Shown: positions 57,979 to 64,000 of the stretch, in pieces
Layout of the letters: each line of letters starts with the position of its first letter
Numbering within the stretch: position 1 is the stretch's first letter
NCBI GenBank assembly: GCA_012295275.1
Contig: CM022669.1
Coordinates: forward strand, 930,001 to 994,000
Direction of reading: 5' to 3'
From: Chrysomallon squamiferum
Taxonomy: Eukaryota > Animalia > Mollusca
DNA length: 64,000 nt
Made by a program: the position numbers and the translations under genes
The notes under the pieces: generated by a model
What the model saw: the letters and a program-made list of their open reading frames with translations, nothing else
Told to the model about the DNA's origin: nothing
Database searches by the model: none

Positions 57979-60483
57979 TCAAGACAGCCCATTGGCTTTT
58001 TCTGTGATTGGCAGATGTCGATGTAGGTTGTCGTTGACGATGTGTCTGCTGCGACTCTTTCTTGTAGAGAAGACCTTGTCACATCCTGACACAGTACATC
58101 GGAACATCTCTCGCGGGTGGACCAGCTCAAGGTGTTCCTTCAGAGCCAGGTTATCTCTGAACTGACTCTTACAGACATGACAGATGACAGCCTCCTTGCT
58201 ATCACTCTGTTCTTCTTCCTCAGCTCCACCAGCACTCCCCTCATCTTCCTCATCTTCTGAGTGGCATTCAGATCCTGCAGATCCTGACCCAGTGGAGGCT
58301 GCATGCCCATTCCGCTTCACTGAGTCTTGTTCCACAAATTCAGGTCCATACAGTGACTGAAGAACATTGTCACGAAGATTCTGCATGCTGTTGTTGTCTT
58401 CTTCTTCCTTGCAGTCACCAGAAGACATCAGTTTACGATGGAGATTCAGATTTGAAGAGTGCCGGTCTCGGCTTCTCTTGGAAGGAAATGTGGCATTACA
58501 TCCCTCCACACTGCATGGATGCATCAGCTTCAGGTGGACATTCTGAAAGTGCACTTTGACTCCAAACTGATTCTGAAAAATTTTACCACAGGTAGGACAC
58601 TTGCGGGGATTGTCTTTGTCCAGTGGCACATCAAAACTCTCTGTGTCAGCAAGACTTCCTCCATCATCTGAAGAATGAGAGAAGTTTGATTCTTGATCTG
58701 AACATCCATTAGGAGAACAAGGACTCTCTTCCTGTCTTCCAGAGTTGTTCAAGCTGATTAGACCTTGAATGCTTTCAGGGCATGGTGAACTGGACAACAG
58801 AGAAGCTATTTTGGGGAAGTTGGATGAATTTCGTTTTCTTGTTGTGTAACGGTTTCTCTTCTCAAGTGGTTTGTCTTCGGCTGTTCCTTTCTTTGAATCT
58901 GAATCATTCACTGCTTCATCTTCACACTCTTTTTCCTGGACCACCCCTTCAGAGGATCCAGTCTTAACACAAGGTGGATCAGACTGGCCATTTGAATCCA
59001 CTTTTCCATCAGAATGTGACGATCGATGACTTTGTGATGAAGCTTTGCTCCCAGATGGATCTCTGTCATCAGAGTTATCATCACTCATTACGTACATCTC
59101 CTCCATCTGAGCACAACGAGTTGGTGCATTACTCTTCCTGCGACTTCCTCCACGAGGGTTACCTCCATCCTGTTTCCCTTCCTCATCTTCCTCCTCTTGT
59201 TTCTTTGCAACTGGTTCGGTTTTCACATGATTGCTGAGATCAGTTGGACCTTCTTCTTGGTCTGCAGAATCTTTTGATTCATCATCATCAAGTTTGGGTT
59301 TCTTCTCTGGTGTATGAAGGAAAGCAAGCTGGTTGGTCATATTGACAAAGAATGCTGCATCAGGTCTGATGAGGCTCTGAGAGTCAAGAGGTGATCCCTG
59401 GGGCAGCAGGGACTGAGGGACCACCATGGAAGGAGGGCTGCTACCCAGGGCACTGTTGTTCATTCTGGACTCATCATCTTTCCGTTTCTGTGGCATGTGC
59501 AGTTTAGGGTTTGGGTTGGCACTGTGGCGATTACGACTTCGTCGCGAACTGAACATCATGTTGCATCCATCAATAGAACATTTATGCATCTCTTTCAGGT
59601 GGACAGCACTGTAATGAATTTTCAGAGCACCTTTGTCACAGAATGTTTTGTTGCAAGCTGTACACAGAACTCGCTTCTTTCCATTGGGACCAATCAGTGT
59701 TTGACCAAATCCTGCAGCTGGTGTCCACTGTCGTTTTATGGGATTGGTTGGCTTTCTTGTGTGCCTGGCAAATTTCCTGTCATTGTCTGATGTCATGGAG
59801 TCATCTTTGTTGGAGTAATCTATAGCCCCAAAAGAACTTTCATCACTGTTGATGTCATCGTCATCAGAAACTGCAATGCCAACAACACCACTCTCACTTG
59901 CTTCATTGTTCTTATGAAGCTGGTTTGGTGACGATCCTGACTGGATGGATGTTGGCGTTGTACTGAGATTTTTGGGGCTGTCATTTGGGGACTGCATTGG
60001 CATCGACTTGTCCATGGTCCCTGGACTCACCGAGGGACTTGCCTGGTCACGCCTGTACTCAAAAGGCTGCATTGTCTGGAGGCGACCAAGAGGAGAGCCA
60101 GCTGGCTGTGGGGTAGAGGTAGGCAGGGTCAAAGGTCGCACTTCATGTGATGGAGAAAAACATGGCTGGATAGGAGATGGTGTCATCAATCGGTTGCCAG
60201 GAGCAGCAATAAATGGCAGCCGTCCTGCAAAAATGGGTGAACGGGCACTGAATGGCCGCACTAAAGCTTGAGTCATGTTGCTTCGCTCTATGAACTTCTT
60301 GATCTCCGAGTCAGCCCTGGTGGCCTGCTTGCTGTACAGTTCATGTTTACCTTTTGTGTCATCCAGAATGATTTCCTGGGCTATAGCCTTTGTTTCACCA
60401 AACCTCAGAAACTGCTGAATGATCAAAGTTTCCTCTTCACGTGATGCTATGGACCACTTGTCCAGCACCCGTCCTGAGGGCTC
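57979..60483 (-). CDS. BNC2: Basonuclin (BNC2/disconnected-like) zinc-finger gene, terminal coding exon (835 codons including stop)
   Basis: The acceptor tgtgttttccag|GAG is phase 0. It encodes the basonuclin N-terminal domain VLDKWSIASREEE..QQFLRFGETK and three C2H2 pairs, including KKRVLCTACNKTFCDKGALKIHYSAVHLKEMHKC..CNMMFSSRRSRNRHSANPNPKLH. The symbol means BNC1/2 pro-ortholog. Confidence 0.93.
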   Translation of the reverse strand, partial: EPSGRVLDKWSIASREEETLIIQQFLRFGETKAIAQEIILDDTKGKHELYSKQATRADSEIKKFIERSNMTQALVRPFSARSPIFAGRLPFIAAPGNRLMTPSPIQPCFSPSHEVRPLTLPTSTPQPAGSPLGRLQTMQPFEYRRDQASPSVSPGTMDKSMPMQSPNDSPKNLSTTPTSIQSGSSPNQLHKNNEASESGVVGIAVSDDDDINSDESSFGAIDYSNKDDSMTSDNDRKFARHTRKPTNPIKRQWTPAAGFGQTLIGPNGKKRVLCTACNKTFCDKGALKIHYSAVHLKEMHKCSIDGCNMMFSSRRSRNRHSANPNPKLHMPQKRKDDESRMNNSALGSSPPSMVVPQSLLPQGSPLDSQSLIRPDAAFFVNMTNQLAFLHTPEKKPKLDDDESKDSADQEEGPTDLSNHVKTEPVAKKQEEEDEEGKQDGGNPRGGSRRKSNAPTRCAQMEEMYVMSDDNSDDRDPSGSKASSQSHRSSHSDGKVDSNGQSDPPCVKTGSSEGVVQEKECEDEAVNDSDSKKGTAEDKPLEKRNRYTTRKRNSSNFPKIASLLSSSPCPESIQGLISLNNSGRQEESPCSPNGCSDQESNFSHSSDDGGSLADTESFDVPLDKDNPRKCPTCGKIFQNQFGVKVHFQNVHLKLMHPCSVEGCNATFPSKRSRDRHSSNLNLHRKLMSSGDCKEEEDNNSMQNLRDNVLQSLYGPEFVEQDSVKRNGHAASTGSGSAGSECHSEDEEDEGSAGGAEEEEQSDSKEAVICHVCKSQFRDNLALKEHLELVHPREMFRCTVSGCDKVFSTRKSRSRHIVNDNLHRHLPITEKANGLS

Positions 60484-60627
60484 CTGGAAAACACAAACAG
60501 TTTTATCTTAAAGTACCAGTATTACTGTTAACACTTTACACTTCAAAATAAATTACTCCCAATTAAAACTGAAAGCAAAACCAATCCATAACACAACACA
60601 AATAAAACATTTATACAAATTGTGTGA

Positions 60628-60658
<31 letters not shown>

Positions 60659-61795
60659 AGTATGTATGTTAGTGTATGTGTATATACATGTATTTATATG
60701 TAAATGTATGTGTTTTATTATGTATGTCTACAGTTACGTATGTAATTATGTATGTATGTAATGTAGACAGACAAGCATTATGTAAGACAATAAATGGTTT
60801 GTAGTTAAAAGAAGATAAGTAATCAGTGGATATCAAGTTTTTCTGTCACACAGGCTGCCTGGACAATGATGGCCCTGTCCACAAGACAGCTGTTTTAACA
60901 AGATAAGAAAAAACTCACACAGCCCACGACTCCAGCTCATAAATACACTGTTGTTTGGTTGTAAAAATAAACACAGCCAATTCTCTAACTTGTGTTTACA
61001 ATGTAATGCTATTCTAATTTGCCAAACATAAATGATTAGTAAATATTCTAACATTAAGTAAATGTCACATATTTTGTTTTCTAGTTGGTTTGGCTTTTTA
61101 GGATTTATTTAATTTTTTTCATTTTATCACTGTTCTTTTTTATGGGGGTGGGGAGGCATTTGTTTGTTTGTTTGTTTGTTTACTGGGATGTTAGAAAGGA
61201 AACCTGCAACTAGTAGCTATCAGTCACCGGGAAGAAATATTTAATAACTATTTTTCACTTGTGTCATAACCTTTAATAAAGAAGCCGTGAGTCACTGGGA
61301 AATAATGATACATTAATTTCTAACTGGAATTTTATAAAATGTGTATCACAAAATTCATAACCACTAATCCAGTTAGGATGCACATATATATATATATATT
61401 AATTACATTAAAATAAATTAATTAATTAATACACAAACAAACAAAAACAAAAAAATAAGTAAATTTAAAAAATAAATAAATAAACTCTTTCAATTTATAC
61501 AAAATCCATCTATAATCAGAATTCTGTATAAAAATGTATCTGTGCAGGACAGTGAATCTGTAAGTTGAACTGGTCAAAACACACTTATCATAAAAATAAT
61601 TTAAAACTTTAGAACATTTTCAAATATTTTCAAATATTTTATCTATGTATTTATTATTATCCAGAAATAATGGAAGTGACCTATTTCTAAACAGAACAGG
61701 CTGATATCTGAACAGACATACATGATACACACATTATTACAGGAATCATGAATGATATCCAGCTGGATATACTCACAGGAATTAGTTAAATATAA

Positions 61796-61846
<51 letters not shown>

Positions 61847-62014
61847 ATGAATCAATCAATCAAAATCATTCATATGAAAGAAGAAAAAATGAAAAAAGCA
61901 AACAAAGAAGAAGAAAAAAATTAAATATACACGTCCAAAGACTAGTTCACATTAAACTACTTTTTTTTTTTTTTTTTTTTTTAAAAAAGGAAAGAAAGAA
62001 TGTGGAGAACTGGT

Positions 62015-62138
62015 GTTGCCATGGTAACAGAGCTGACAGGCAGAAGGTGTATCAGGACAGGTAACACAGCAGGAAGACAGAGAGAACAGCGCACACAGCT
62101 GCCACTAGCAGCAGTCTGCCTGCGTGGCACCCAGCCAA
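62015..62138. promoter_or_regulatory. Candidate intronic enhancer: RFX X-box plus NFI site
   Basis: GTTGCCATGGTAAC at 62015-62028 and TGGCACCCAGCCAA at 62125-62138 lie within a ~165-bp GC-richer island in a very AT-rich intron. Confidence 0.5.
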
Positions 62139-62534
62139 CTCTCCCCTCTCTCTGTGACAGTCTCATTTACCTACTTGTAAATAAATTCTTCCAGTTCTCT
62201 TTTTAAAAGTCTCATTTCAAACACTCAGTGAAAACAGAAAAAAAAAAAAAAAAAAACGAATCCAAAATGATATCTTGAATCTTCATGTACTTAACATTGT
62301 AACAGATAGTTTGCACAACAACAAATACATATATATCTATATATATGTTCGGATATATGTATCTGTATGAATGTGTATGTATATTTGAGAAGAAACAACA
62401 ACATGCCTGTATGAAACAACATGAAACAATGGTAAATCATATTTTCTAAAGACAACTTTAGGAAAAACAAATTAATTAAAAAAAGATTCTTTTTTCAAAT
62501 TGTAGTTTAAAAGTTTATGACAAATAACAAGAAC

Positions 62535-62590
<56 letters not shown>

Positions 62591-62769
62591 TAATAACAAC
62601 ACAATAAACAAATAAATAAATAAAATAAAATTAATAGATAAATAAACAAACAAACAAATAAAATTAAACAAATAAATAAACAAGCAAACAAACAAACAAG
62701 GTAAGTAAGTAATCAAGTAAGTAAATAATGTAATTATTAATTAAAATAAATAAATAAATATGGTCAAAC

Positions 62770-63008
62770 CTGTAGGATGTAGCCTCTAGCATAATCTTCA
62801 TAGGACCAGCCGAATCCATGCAGGACCTGCAGAACCTCTTCGTGTTGAAGAACACTAAACAGTCGGTCTAAGAGAATCTTCAGTCTCACTGGAGTCGCGT
62901 GTGCACCATACAGCATCAAACTTGCGATGTCAAACACGATGTTGGGCTGAACAACTTCAACGTTCATGCCAAGGTTAAGAAGATGTTGATATCCAAGTTT
63001 GTCCAGAG
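62770..63008 (-). CDS. BNC2: Basonuclin gene, penultimate coding exon (upstream exons not identified in the window)
   Basis: The acceptor tgtttgtttcag|CT is phase 1 and the donor CAG|GTTTGA is phase 0, in frame with the next exon. It encodes [67 protein letters not shown]. Confidence 0.95.
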
Positions 63009-64000
63009 CTGAAACAAACAATAAAAAATAATTCATTTATGTATTAAAAAGTAATAATGCCATCACTGTCAGTTATTCCACTTCTTTGCAGCGTATTATT
63101 AATGTAATCCATGTGTCACCACACATTTAACTTGAGACAAAACAAATGTTGTCTGTTTGATACAATGAATAAATATGCAGGCCTTTTATGTAATAAAACT
63201 ATGATAGAAAACAAAATCTCAATTTACAGCCTTTATCTACATAGACTTCTGTAATTTTTCAGAATAATGAAAAAAATGATAACCACAAAAATGTGTATCA
63301 GTGTCTGCAGTTGAAATAATTCTGCATTTGTAGTATTAACGAACTTTTACACTGGACATAGACATTATTCTTATTTATTTGTATGCAAATGATGGAAGAA
63401 ATACAATGAGACAAAGGCTGGTAGGAATAATGATGACATAACTGCACACTCATGACAAGCAAACTGGTGACAAGTTCTGAAATGGGTTAATGTTGATCAG
63501 TGTATATGAACAAACAACAGTCAAAAATAGTGTGTAAAACACTGAACAACTGTTCAGAGTTACTTTTATCATAAAGTCTTTCTCAACAACGTAACTTTGT
63601 TCCATGCCCCTTCACTGCCCTGTCATTTCTGTGGCAGATTGGGAAAACTTCATTATTCCAATTAAGGAAGCAGATAGTGTCTTACATAATCTCACAAAGT
63701 CTTAAATTTGTTAATCTTGTCCTATGAACTCAAAAGATTACAAACATGGTTTTGTCTTTCACTGGTGACCTGCAGATGGCCCTGTCTCTGTGAAGGAACC
63801 TCTGTTATGATAGACACCTAGGAAACCTGGTCAATTATTGCTGCTGTTTGAAACTATTAGTGGCAAATGTTTGTATTCTCTGTACACTGGTCATTAGAGT
63901 CATGTATCGGCCATATTGACAGTTACTAACTGCAGACAAACAAATATCATTAACATCCTGTGGTAGCTGTGAAAACAACAACGCAGCCTTCAGATTCTTC

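Noticed and set aside
57953-60271. Plus-strand ORFs overlapping the basonuclin exon
   Set aside because: They are antisense shadows of a GC-richer coding exon and have no motifs.
60466-60468. ORF-track start of the 829-aa protein
   Set aside because: It is an internal GTG (Val). The exon begins at the acceptor at 60483 and splices to 62770.

Overview
AT-rich, microsatellite-dense animal genomic DNA. It looks lophotrochozoan or mollusc-like, which is an inference from composition and gene content. It is not prokaryotic, because it contains spliced GT-AG exons. Positions ~1-49.2 kb are a minus-strand tandem segmental-duplication array of about five imperfect 7-13 kb units. The array carries single-exon LicD/fukutin-family phosphotransferase genes of three sequence types. 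Type A has 1 intact copy, 2 copies broken only by a 1-bp frameshift and 2 deleted or truncated copies. Type B has 1 intact copy and 2 fragments. Type C has 5 pseudogene fragments. Hand translation across stops and frameshifts suggests the spacers are decayed coding DNA. They appear to hold relics of up to three co-oriented protein-kinase domains, a helical segment and a Ly6/quiver-like GPI-anchored protein. Several minisatellites have expanded in only some units, including a 5.7-kb 32-bp array. An inverted duplicate of array sequence lies at ~50-52.5 kb. The right end holds the last two coding exons of a basonuclin (BNC2/disco-like) six-zinc-finger gene, with a candidate RFX/NFI enhancer in its intron. 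All protein assignments are by eye, with no database search.
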